NCBI GenBank assembly: GCA_965205485.1
Contig: OZ242180.1
Location: forward strand, 1,664,001 to 1,728,000
DNA from: Candidatus Latescibacterota bacterium
GTDB taxonomy: Bacteria; Latescibacterota; UBA2968; GCA-2709665
Direction: 5' to 3'
DNA length: 64,000 bases
The translations under genes were made by a program, and so were the position numbers. The stretch's first letter is position 1, and each line of letters starts with the position of its first letter. Shown piece by piece: positions 42,279-51,695 of the stretch. The notes beneath the pieces are model-generated. The model was given only the letters and a program-made list of their open reading frames with translations. It had not been told where the DNA came from and searched no databases.

Positions 42279-42750
42279 GGATGACAGCGGGAAACAACCG
42301 GCCTGCCCATCGGCCAGCATGTCATTCAGAGCGGAGCGAAGAATCTCCCGTCTTCTCGATTGTCCATGAGGTCAACGCCCGGTAAGCCTTTACGCGCGGA
42401 CGCTCTGACTGCCTTGCGGCCTTTTCTGCATGACACTTTCGGCGAACGTGCTGCCTCTTAGGCGTCGCCACGTGCAAATCGCGCGGGAATGATCCAACGC
42501 CGCAGTAGATCCTTCGTCGGCCTGGGGGCCACCTCTGCATGACGATCTGGTCTGACTTGTAACGGATGTGACTCCTGGACGTTGCACCCAGGCCTCTTCG
42601 ACAGGCTCAGGGCAAGTCCTCTGGATGACAGCGGGAAGCAACGTGCTTGGCTATCGGCCAGCATGTCATTCAGAGCGGAGCGAAGAATCTCCCGTCTTCT
42701 CGATTGTCCACGAGGTCAACAACCGGCAAACCCTTATGCGCGGACGCTTC
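42279..42750. repeat. BIME/REPIN-like mosaic (GTCATTCAGAGCGGAGCGAAGAATCT family), tandemly duplicated
   Basis: Units at 42321 and 42665; inverted partner AGATCCTTCG...CTCTGGATGACA 42507-42630. Confidence 0.85.
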
Positions 42751-42855
42751 GTCGGCACGACAGTATCGGGGTATCTGTGAAGTATCCCTATCGCGGATGA
42801 TACGGCAGTACGAAGTGCTGTTCTTTAAGGAACCTGATCCGTGAGGAGTCAATTG

Positions 42856-45216
42856 ATGTTCTGGAATTATCTCAAGGTGGCTTATCGGAATCTGATGCGG
42901 TACCCGCTTTATGCCGCGATTAACGTGGTGGGCCTGGGCATCGCGATAGCGTTCTGCGTGCTGGCGTTCCTGTATGTACGTCACGAGTGGACCTACGATG
43001 CGTTTCACGAAAACGCCGATCGCATCTACAGGGTCTATGCGGAGGACGATCGAGGACGAAGTAAGGCCGGCGCTCCGCCCGAATTGGCGCCTGCGTTAAC
43101 TGAAGCGTATCCGGATCTACGTATCGCGAGAATTGGTTTTGATTGGAAATACCGATTCATCCACCATCGAGGTGTAAATATAGCGGAGACGATAAACGTT
43201 TCAGATCCCGACATTTTCCAAGTGTTGTCCTTTCCTCTTCTGAAAGGGGATCCGGCAACGGCGCTTAAGGATCCGCACAGTGTGGTTATTACCGAGAACA
43301 TGGCAGAAAAGTATTTTCCGGGTGATGACCCAATTGGTAAGAAGCTATCTATCCTGACAGGTGATGGCGCAGATACCGGCATCCGGGATCTAATCGTTAC
43401 GGGAATAGCACTGCCGGTCCCCAGAAATTCGAGTATTCACTTCGAATTCCTTACCAGGCTTGAAGTTACGGGCAATGAACCTATACGGTGGAGACACATG
43501 TTATTTACAACCTGCATATTGCTGCCAGACGACGTTAGCCCGTCCGAAGTCGAGCAGCGGATGAAAGATCTTGTGTCGACATGGCCCAAAAGCCCAATAT
43601 GGGAGAAATTGAAACTGCAGCCGCTTAGAGATATTCACTTCGGTTCCGTGGGCGTTGGACTACGTCCGGCGGGCAATCCGGTATATTCGTATATCCTGGC
43701 GTGCATTGCGATGTTTGTGCTTGTCATTGCCGCGGTCAATTATACAAACCTATCCGTGGGGATGTCATTCTCTCGTTTTCGGGAAGTTGGATTGCGTAAA
43801 GTGGCCGGTGGTCTGCGAATCCAATTGGCAACGCAGTTTATGACAGAATCGGTACTGCTGACGCTTGTCGCACTTGGGCTTGGCCTCGCGCTGGCCGAAC
43901 TGTTCATGCCGGGCTTCAACAGTCTGACGCGAATGGAATTTTCTATCTCCGATCTGGTGGATTCTACTGCACCGGTTTTTCTGGTTATCCTGTTGCTGGT
44001 AGTAGGCATCGTTTCGGGCAGTTATCCCGCGCTTATTGCGTCACGATTTCTGCCGGCTGATGCGCTTAAAGGGCAGATGAAATTGGAACGATTGGGCCGC
44101 ATTAGACGGGTACTTGTGGTATTGCAGGTTGCCATCTCAATTCTCTTGGTCGGGTGTACGACTGTCGTCGGCCGGCAATTGAATCTGATGACGACGAAAC
44201 CGTTGGGTTTTAGTCCGAAGGATGTTTTTATAGTCCATAGAATGGATAAACTGAGTGATAAAGGAGTTGCCGGAGCCTATCAGGAGGCAGCCCGGTCCTA
44301 CCATGGCGTGTTGAAGACCACAAGAACCGGGCACGCTTTCAGCAACATGATCCAGAGCTTTGCAGATGTAAGATCAGACGGTGCTATTTTGAATGACGTC
44401 CAGATCCTTGACGGCGATCTGGGCTTGCTGGAAACGCTGGCTGTGCGGCTGAAATCGGGTCGAGGATTCGAGAGAGAAGGCGACGCCAAAACATCCGTAC
44501 TCGTTAACGAAGCCCTGGCAGAAAAGCTGGGATGGCAAGCGCCTCAGGGAAAGACACTACAGTTAGGCAGCGGTAGCCGAAAATATACCGTGATCGGCGT
44601 TGTTCGCGACTTTTACTTTCATTCAGTTCATCGTTCCGTAAAGCCCGCAGTGATGACCCTTAATCCCAGATCACGACGTACAAGAATGCTGATGGTTCGC
44701 ATACGACCGGACGACAGGGCGGACGCCGTTCGTTTTTTGAAAGAGAAGTGGGTGGAATTGGCGCCCGGCGAAGTGTTCTACTCTTCGTTTCTCGAGGACG
44801 ACATTGAGCGTCAATACCGAGAGGAACGGCGGTGGTTCAGAATCGCGGGTTACGCGACGTTTTTCGCGGTATTCATCGCCTGTCTGGGCGCCTTCGGACT
44901 GACGTCGCTCACCGTGGCCAGGCGCACCAAGGAAATCGGGATCCGGAAGATCCTGGGAGCGCCGACGTCGCGTATCGTTTCTCTGCTGACACGGGAATAT
45001 GTGGTCCTTGTCGGAATCGCCGCTCTGATCGCCTGGCCCGCGACCCACGTCGCGGCGGAGCGCTGGCTGCGAGACTTCGCGTATCGCGTGGACCCGGGGA
45101 TAGGCACGTTTCTGCTGGGAGGTCTGATCACGCTTCTCGTGGTGCTCCTGGCGGTTAGCCTTCAGGTCACACGTGCAGCCCGCGCGAATCCGGTCGACGC
45201 GCTGCGGTATGAATAG
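42856..45216 (+). CDS. MacB/FtsX-type duplicated ABC transporter permease P1
   Basis: MFWNYLKVAYRN, two MacB periplasmic plus FtsX repeats, RTKEIGIRK and ANPVDALRYE; no ATPase domain. Confidence 0.93.
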   Translation: MFWNYLKVAYRNLMRYPLYAAINVVGLGIAIAFCVLAFLYVRHEWTYDAFHENADRIYRVYAEDDRGRSKAGAPPELAPALTEAYPDLRIARIGFDWKYRFIHHRGVNIAETINVSDPDIFQVLSFPLLKGDPATALKDPHSVVITENMAEKYFPGDDPIGKKLSILTGDGADTGIRDLIVTGIALPVPRNSSIHFEFLTRLEVTGNEPIRWRHMLFTTCILLPDDVSPSEVEQRMKDLVSTWPKSPIWEKLKLQPLRDIHFGSVGVGLRPAGNPVYSYILACIAMFVLVIAAVNYTNLSVGMSFSRFREVGLRKVAGGLRIQLATQFMTESVLLTLVALGLGLALAELFMPGFNSLTRMEFSISDLVDSTAPVFLVILLLVVGIVSGSYPALIASRFLPADALKGQMKLERLGRIRRVLVVLQVAISILLVGCTTVVGRQLNLMTTKPLGFSPKDVFIVHRMDKLSDKGVAGAYQEAARSYHGVLKTTRTGHAFSNMIQSFADVRSDGAILNDVQILDGDLGLLETLAVRLKSGRGFEREGDAKTSVLVNEALAEKLGWQAPQGKTLQLGSGSRKYTVIGVVRDFYFHSVHRSVKPAVMTLNPRSRRTRMLMVRIRPDDRADAVRFLKEKWVELAPGEVFYSSFLEDDIERQYREERRWFRIAGYATFFAVFIACLGAFGLTSLTVARRTKEIGIRKILGAPTSRIVSLLTREYVVLVGIAALIAWPATHVAAERWLRDFAYRVDPGIGTFLLGGLITLLVVLLAVSLQVTRAARANPVDALRYE

Positions 45217-45222
45217 AGCGGG

Positions 45223-45730
45223 CGACCCCTCTCCCAACCCCTCCCCGGCGCGGGGAGGGTAGCGGAAGTGCTGCCTCTCAGGTATTGACACGTGCAGGTC
45301 GCGTGTGGACGATCCAATGCCGCAGTAGATCCTTCGTCGGCCTGGGGCACCCTTCGACAAGCTCAGGGCGAGTGCTCAGGGACCGCAGGCTCAGGGCAAG
45401 TCCTCTGGATGACAGTTCGGGCGAGCGTGTGATGGTCCGACCGTAGGGGCAGGTTTCAAACCTGCCCATGTCGATGTGTCCGCGGATGCCTTGCGATCAC
45501 GAGTGTCGGCTTCCGCAGAGTGGCAGCAAAGTGGGCAGACAGGAATGTCCGCCCCACCCTCAGATCAGGCTTCCGCTCGTCAGGCATTCGCCTTTCTCTG
45601 GATGACAGCGGGAAGCACGTGCTTGACTATGGGTCAGCATGTCATTCAGAGCGGAGCGAAGAATCTCCCGTCTTCTCGCTCGTACGTGTAGCATATGGCT
45701 TTTGTAGACAAATTTGTGCGCGGACGCTTT
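45223..45730. repeat. Mosaic of several REP families between P1 and P2
   Basis: CCCTCTCCCC..GGGGAGGG hairpin, AGATCCTTCG unit 45327-45414 with nested CCCTTCGACAAGCTCAGG, GTAG-type REP 45443-45467, GGCAGACAGGAATGTCCGCCCCACC 45531-45562 and GTCATTCAGAG unit 45641. Confidence 0.85.
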
Positions 45731-45829
45731 CTCAGGTCGACAGTATGAGGCACGCGTAACGAATCCGTATCGCAGTTGATTCGGCAGTACGAAGCGCTTT
45801 GATTGATCCAATCCAAGAGGAGTCAGTCG

Positions 45830-48379
45830 ATGTTCTGGAATTACCTCAAGGTGGCCTGGCGAAATCTGCTGCGGCACCCGCTATATGCAGCCATTAACGT
45901 AGTGGGTCTGGGCATCGCAATTTCGTTTTGTCTGCTGGCGTTCCTTTTTGTGCGATACGAGTGGACCTACGACGGGTTTCACGAAAACGCCGATCGAATC
46001 TACCGGGTCTACGCGGAATTTGAAAGCCGTATCACATCAGAAAATACACCGCGGGAACTGGCGCCGACGCTGTCGGAGGCATTTCCGGACGTCCGTTCCG
46101 TCAGGATACATTCAGGGCTGCGCATTGTCCACGATCGAGGTCAGACCACGAAGGTAAACATCCTTCAGGCGGATCCGTCAATTCTGGACGTCTTTTCCTT
46201 TCCTCTGATCAAGGGAGACCCCGCCACCGCATTGGTGGCTCCGAACTACGTGGTGATTACCGAATCCATGGCTGCGAGATATTTCTCCGGACAGGATCCG
46301 ATCGGAAAGTCGATTTCCGTTCAGGACGTCGAGCCGATGGTATTGAAATTCGGGGGCGGAGGATCGGATGAAAGTGACAAGCAACGGACTGGTCAAAAAG
46401 AAGGTTCGGCCGGCGCAAAGCCGGCCCCGGCGCGGACGGAGGTAAGAATTTTATCCTTCTCAATAGGTCCAACGTCACCTTACACCAGGCAGGAAGAACC
46501 GGATAAACCTCCGACTCAGGAATTGACGGTGACCGGTGTGATCAGAGACATTCCCAAAAACTCTACCCTTCGCTTTGACTTTCTCTCTCCCTTGAACCCT
46601 TACATTCAGAATCGCGAATGGAACACCGTGAACACCTATGTCTTGCTGCCGAAAAATCTGAGTCGCCTCCAAATGGAGCGCCGGCTTGGCGGCCTTTCGA
46701 TACCATGGCCGAGGAACCGACAGCCTGAGAAGCTGAAACTTTTGGCTTTGAGAGACATCTACTTTAATTCCAACATCGTCGGCACCGACGTCGGCGGGGG
46801 CCGCCTCACGGGTCATTCAGGGACTCCCGCCCATTCGTTTATCCTGGGTGGCATTGCGATGCTCGTGCTGATCGTGGCCGCGGTCAACTATACGAACCTA
46901 TCGGTTGGCCGCTCGTTCTCCCGTGCCCGGGAAGTCGGAATGCGGAAGGTTGCCGGGGGACTGCGAACCCAACTGGTGAGGCAGTTTCTCGCGGAATCGG
47001 TCCTGTTGACCCTGGTCGCGTTTGGGCTCGGGCTCGCGCTTGCTGAAGTACTCCTGCCGGGCTTCAACAGCCTGGTCAGCAGGAAGTTCTCCCTTTCCGA
47101 TCTGGCGGATTCCAACTCACTCGCATATCTACTCGTCATGGCGCTGGTTGTGGGGGTTTTCGCCGGGGGTTATCCGGCGTTATTCATGTCGGGATTCTTT
47201 CCGGTCGATGCGTTGAAGGGGCGATTCATGGCGGATCGAATGGGGACCTTCAGCCGTGCGCTCGTCGTGTTCCAACTGGCCATCTCCACGGCACTGGTGA
47301 CATGCATGACCATAGCGTCCATACAAATGAGCATATTGAAATCGAAACCGCTTGGATTCGAGCCCAGCCACGTCGTCGTCGTTCGTCTATTCGGGATAAC
47401 GCAAAGAATGAACTTGGCCAAGGCCTTTGAGGAGGCCGTCCGGCCATACCATTCCGTCTTGAATACGACGAGAACAGCACACGGATTCAGCAGTCTGATG
47501 CGGAGTGCCTTCAACATCAGTTGGGAGGGGAAGACACTGGAAGGCGTTGAGAGTATGATGTGTGATACACGCTTCCTGGAGACAATGGATATAAGGCTAC
47601 TGGACGGGCGGAATTTCGAAAGGGACAGCGATGCGGAGACGTCGGTCATCGTCAACGAAACGCTCGTCAGTACTCTAGGATGGGACGCGCCTCTGGGCGA
47701 GACGATTCGGATCGGCCGGAAGGACTTACAGGTTATCGGCGTCGTCAGGGATTTTCATTTCCGGTCCCTTCACCACGCCATCGGGCCTGCGGTGTTGCAA
47801 TTGCAGGCGACTTCGTCGACCGCCAGGTCCCTGCCGGACTTCCGCGTCCTATTGATGATTCGGATTCGCCCGGAAAACGTCTTTGACACACTGGATTTCC
47901 TGAGAGAGAAGTGGGATGAAATCGCACCGGATGTTCCGTTTGATCATATCTTCCTGGATGAGGAAATAGACCGTCAATACCGCGAAGAACGGCGGTGGTT
48001 CAGAATCGCGGGCTATGCGACCCTTTTTGCCGTGTTCATCTCCTGTCTGGGCGCTTTCGGCTTGACGTCGCTCACCGTCGCCAGACGGACCAAGGAAATC
48101 GGGATCAGGAAGACCCTTGGCGCGCCGACGCCGCGTATCGTTTCTCTGCTGACCAGGGAATACGTGGTCCTCGTCGGAATCGCCGCTCTGATCGCCTGGC
48201 CCGCGACCTACTTCGCGGCAGAGCGCTGGCTGCGCGATTTCGCGTATCGCGTGGACCCGGGGCTCGGGACATTTCTGCTGGGAGGCGCGCTCATGCTTCT
48301 CATGGTGCTCCTGGCGGTGAGCCTTCAGGTCACCCGGGCAGCCCGGGCGAATCCCGTGGACGCGTTGCGGTATGAGTGA
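45830..48379 (+). CDS. MacB/FtsX-type ABC permease P2
   Basis: Same architecture as P1, with a ~50-aa insertion in the first periplasmic domain. Confidence 0.93.
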   Translation: MFWNYLKVAWRNLLRHPLYAAINVVGLGIAISFCLLAFLFVRYEWTYDGFHENADRIYRVYAEFESRITSENTPRELAPTLSEAFPDVRSVRIHSGLRIVHDRGQTTKVNILQADPSILDVFSFPLIKGDPATALVAPNYVVITESMAARYFSGQDPIGKSISVQDVEPMVLKFGGGGSDESDKQRTGQKEGSAGAKPAPARTEVRILSFSIGPTSPYTRQEEPDKPPTQELTVTGVIRDIPKNSTLRFDFLSPLNPYIQNREWNTVNTYVLLPKNLSRLQMERRLGGLSIPWPRNRQPEKLKLLALRDIYFNSNIVGTDVGGGRLTGHSGTPAHSFILGGIAMLVLIVAAVNYTNLSVGRSFSRAREVGMRKVAGGLRTQLVRQFLAESVLLTLVAFGLGLALAEVLLPGFNSLVSRKFSLSDLADSNSLAYLLVMALVVGVFAGGYPALFMSGFFPVDALKGRFMADRMGTFSRALVVFQLAISTALVTCMTIASIQMSILKSKPLGFEPSHVVVVRLFGITQRMNLAKAFEEAVRPYHSVLNTTRTAHGFSSLMRSAFNISWEGKTLEGVESMMCDTRFLETMDIRLLDGRNFERDSDAETSVIVNETLVSTLGWDAPLGETIRIGRKDLQVIGVVRDFHFRSLHHAIGPAVLQLQATSSTARSLPDFRVLLMIRIRPENVFDTLDFLREKWDEIAPDVPFDHIFLDEEIDRQYREERRWFRIAGYATLFAVFISCLGAFGLTSLTVARRTKEIGIRKTLGAPTPRIVSLLTREYVVLVGIAALIAWPATYFAAERWLRDFAYRVDPGLGTFLLGGALMLLMVLLAVSLQVTRAARANPVDALRYE

Positions 48380-48555
48380 GGGCGGGCACGGCGACCCCTC
48401 CCCCGGCCCCTCCCCGGCGCGGGGAGGGATGTTCCCCGCGTCTCGACGGAAGCATTTCGCGGATGATTCGGCAGCACAAAGTGGAGTCCTACAGTTTCCG
48501 TTGCGGCTGGGCATAGCAAAGCCGCGCCAGGGAAAGACACAGGAGGTGGCCCAAC

Positions 48556-50946
48556 GTGATCGGGAACTACCTGAAAGTCGCCATTCGCAACCTGATGAGG
48601 AACAAGACATTTTCGGCCATCAACATCCTTGGCCTTGCAATCGGCATGGCGTGTTGCATGCTCATTCTCCTCTACGTTCAGGATGAACTGAGCTATGACC
48701 GGCACCATGAGAACGCGGATCGAATCTTTCGGCTTGCTGATGAGGTCCGCGTGAGTGGGAAGACACATCGACTTGCGGTTACGCCGTTCCAGATGGGTCC
48801 GGCTCTCGTGCAGGACTATCCAACAGTTGTCGATGCCGTGAGGTTCTTCAGGGGTATCGGCGAAAAAACGCTGGTTGAAACGACGGAGGGATATTTCTAC
48901 GAGCCGGGCGTCATGTTCACGGATTCGAACATCTTTCGGGTCTTTGACTTTCCACTGAGCAACGGAGATCCCCAGACGGCGCTTCGGGAACCTTATTCCA
49001 TTGTGCTTTCGGCAGCAATGGCTCGGAAATATTTCGGCGACGACGACCCGATGAGGCGGCCCCTCTCGGTGGACCGGAAATTGTATAAGGTCACCGGCAT
49101 CCTGAAGGAACCCACGTACAACAGCCATTTACAGTTCGATTTTCTAGCAACGCCCATAGAAAGTGACGACGACGGCTGGATCGCTCACAGCTATTATACC
49201 TATCTGCTCTTGCGGGACGAAAGTGCTGCGTCCGAGTTGGAACAGGCATTGCCCGATTTTGTCGAACGACATATTCGTGAAAGAGACAAAGCCAGGCGGG
49301 TGCAGATGAAACCCTTCCTGCAGCCGTTGACCGATATTCATCTGCATTCCAGCCTCGAATTTGAAGCCAGTCCCGGCGGGGACATCAGATATGTCTACCT
49401 GTTCATTGCAATTGCGCTGTTTGTGTTGTTGCTGGCGTGCATCAACTATACGATCCTCTCGACCGCGAATTGCGCGTACCGGTCCAAGGAGGTCGGACTG
49501 CGGAAAGTGGTCGGCGCAAGACGACAACAGATGATTTTTCAGTTTCTGGGCGACTCGACCCTGATCGCCTCAATTTCCACAATTGTCGCCGTCGTGTTCG
49601 TCGAGATTGTGCTGCCCGCGTTTGGTGCCTTTACTGAACGCAACCTGAATCTTGAATATCTGCGAGGCAGCGGTCTCGTGTTGGGATTCATTGGCATTGT
49701 ACTGTTTACAGGGGTACTGTCCGGAAGCTATCCCGCCCTGTTTCTCTCCTCCTTTCAGCCGGTTGCCGCACTGAAAGGTTTGGCGCGTGCCGGTTCCAAC
49801 AAACTGAGTTTGCAAAGGACGCTTGTCGTCGTTCAGTTTGCCATTTCAATCGTACTTTTGATTGGGACGGGTGTCGTTTATGACCAGTCGGGTTTCATAC
49901 GCAACAAGCGACTAGGATTTCAGAAAGAGCACGTGCTCGTAATGCCCTACGGCGATAAGGATGCCATGGATGGATATAAGAATGCAGTGTCAGCGTACAG
50001 TTCGGTATTGGACGTCTCCGCTTCGTCGACCGTGCCGGGGCGGAAGATCGCAAGTCACTTCTTTCGCCCCGTCGTCGAGGGCGGAAGCAGCGATGCCTCG
50101 GTATTCAACGTGGTATTTGCGGGTCACGGGTTTATCTCGACGTTTGGATTCGAAATATCGGAGGGGCGTGCCTTTTCGAAGGAGTTCGGTAGCGACCGAC
50201 TCGGGACATTCATGCTCAATCAGGCGGCGATGCGGAAATTGGGGTGGGCTTCCTGTAAGGACAAGAAACTGGCGCATGTCTTTCCGGAAGGCGGTCAATT
50301 CAAGGTAAACGTCCAGGGAGATGTAGTGGGCGTTGTGAAGGATTTTCACTACAGGTCGCTGCATCACGAAATCGAACCCCTTGTGATCATGCTGGTTGAC
50401 AGGGGATGGGTAAACTACCTGTCGATCCGGATCCGACCGGATGACGTTGCCGGCACGCTGGAATTTCTGAAAACCCGGTGGCGCGACGTCGTGCCGAATG
50501 CGCCTTTTGAATATTCGTTCCTGGACACGTCTTTTGACCGGCTTTACCGGACGGAAACTCGACTTGGGACGCTTCTCGGCGTGTTCTCCATCCTGGCGAT
50601 TGTTGTGGCGGGTCTCGGTCTGTTCGGCCTGGCGTCCATCAGTGTGCAACAAAGGACCAAGGAAATTGGTATCCGGAAGGCGGTGGGGGCATCCGTTGCC
50701 AACGTTGTCTTGCTCTTGTCCAGGGAGTATGTCGTGCTTGTGGGTATTGCCAATCTTGTCGCCTGGCCGATTGCCTATTATGCAATGGACCGTTGGCTGG
50801 AGAATTTCGCGTACCGGGTCGATCTGGCGATCCCGACGTTTGTTCTGGTGGGATTCCTGTCGCTGAGCATTGCGCTTCTTACAGTGGGCTACAAGACCTG
50901 TAAAGCAGCAGTGGCGAATCCGGTCGACGCGTTGCGGTATGAATGA
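48556..50946 (+). CDS. MacB/FtsX-type ABC permease P3
   Basis: AGGAGG RBS, GTG start; INILGLAIGMACC, LQPLTDIHLHS and RTKEIGIRK. Confidence 0.93.
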   Translation: MIGNYLKVAIRNLMRNKTFSAINILGLAIGMACCMLILLYVQDELSYDRHHENADRIFRLADEVRVSGKTHRLAVTPFQMGPALVQDYPTVVDAVRFFRGIGEKTLVETTEGYFYEPGVMFTDSNIFRVFDFPLSNGDPQTALREPYSIVLSAAMARKYFGDDDPMRRPLSVDRKLYKVTGILKEPTYNSHLQFDFLATPIESDDDGWIAHSYYTYLLLRDESAASELEQALPDFVERHIRERDKARRVQMKPFLQPLTDIHLHSSLEFEASPGGDIRYVYLFIAIALFVLLLACINYTILSTANCAYRSKEVGLRKVVGARRQQMIFQFLGDSTLIASISTIVAVVFVEIVLPAFGAFTERNLNLEYLRGSGLVLGFIGIVLFTGVLSGSYPALFLSSFQPVAALKGLARAGSNKLSLQRTLVVVQFAISIVLLIGTGVVYDQSGFIRNKRLGFQKEHVLVMPYGDKDAMDGYKNAVSAYSSVLDVSASSTVPGRKIASHFFRPVVEGGSSDASVFNVVFAGHGFISTFGFEISEGRAFSKEFGSDRLGTFMLNQAAMRKLGWASCKDKKLAHVFPEGGQFKVNVQGDVVGVVKDFHYRSLHHEIEPLVIMLVDRGWVNYLSIRIRPDDVAGTLEFLKTRWRDVVPNAPFEYSFLDTSFDRLYRTETRLGTLLGVFSILAIVVAGLGLFGLASISVQQRTKEIGIRKAVGASVANVVLLLSREYVVLVGIANLVAWPIAYYAMDRWLENFAYRVDLAIPTFVLVGFLSLSIALLTVGYKTCKAAVANPVDALRYE

Positions 50947-51016
50947 GGGCGGACGTGCTGCCTCTCCCACGGTCTTTCGGCTTCCACACCAAAATAGCCG
51001 GAGCCGCCGAGCGATG

Positions 51017-51654
51017 GATACACTTCGACGACGGCTATAGTAAGTCATGTCATTCAGAGCGGAGCGAAGATCTGACCGATACATTTCTCCAATGGTTATT
51101 GCAATTCGTGTAATTCAAAGCGTAGCCAAGAATCTCCCGTCTTCTCGGCTGGACGTGCAGTATATGGCCTTTGTAGACGAACTTGTGCGCGGACGCTTCG
51201 ACACCCTTTCGGCTTCCTCTGCAAGACGGTTTGTGCCGACCCTTGGCCGAAACATCTCGCCAGTGGTTACTGCAAAACAAGTCATTCAGAGTGGAGTCGA
51301 AACAATAGCGGTTTTGTGCTGCATTTGTTGGAGGGCCGAATGCCGGAAGCTTTGCAATCATCCCATGCTGCAGTAGATCCTTCGTCGGCCCGGGGAACTC
51401 GTCTGCACGACAATCTGGTCCCATGTGAAACCGACGTGATCCCTCGTCGTTGCACCCAGGCCTCCTCTGGATGACAGTTTAGGCGAACGTTTGACCGATA
51501 CACTTCGCCAAGGGATATTGCAAAGCATTTCATTCTGAGCGCAGCGAAGAATCTCCTGTCTTCTCGACCGGACGTGGAGCAGAAGCCTTCACCGGCCCAT
51601 TTGCGCGGACGTTTCTTCAGCATGTTGGCAGACAGGAATGTCCGTCCCACCCTC
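51017..51654. repeat. Mosaic REP array between P3 and P4
   Basis: GTCATTC-family units at 51049, 51110, 51281 and 51529; inverted partner 51375-51476; GGCAGACAGGAATGTCC copy at 51627. Confidence 0.85.
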
Positions 51655-51695
51655 AAAACGGCTACCTCAGCGACAATGCAGGCGAGGAATCGGCG

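Noticed and set aside
44809..48376. Diversity-generating retroelement (TR/VR pair) in the P1/P2 3' repeats
   Set aside because: Both copies are coding transmembrane regions, the differences are not adenine-specific and no reverse transcriptase is in the window.
51417..51432. parS site (GGTCCCATGTGAAACC)
   Set aside because: Five mismatches to TGTTTCACGTGAAACA and located inside a repeat unit.
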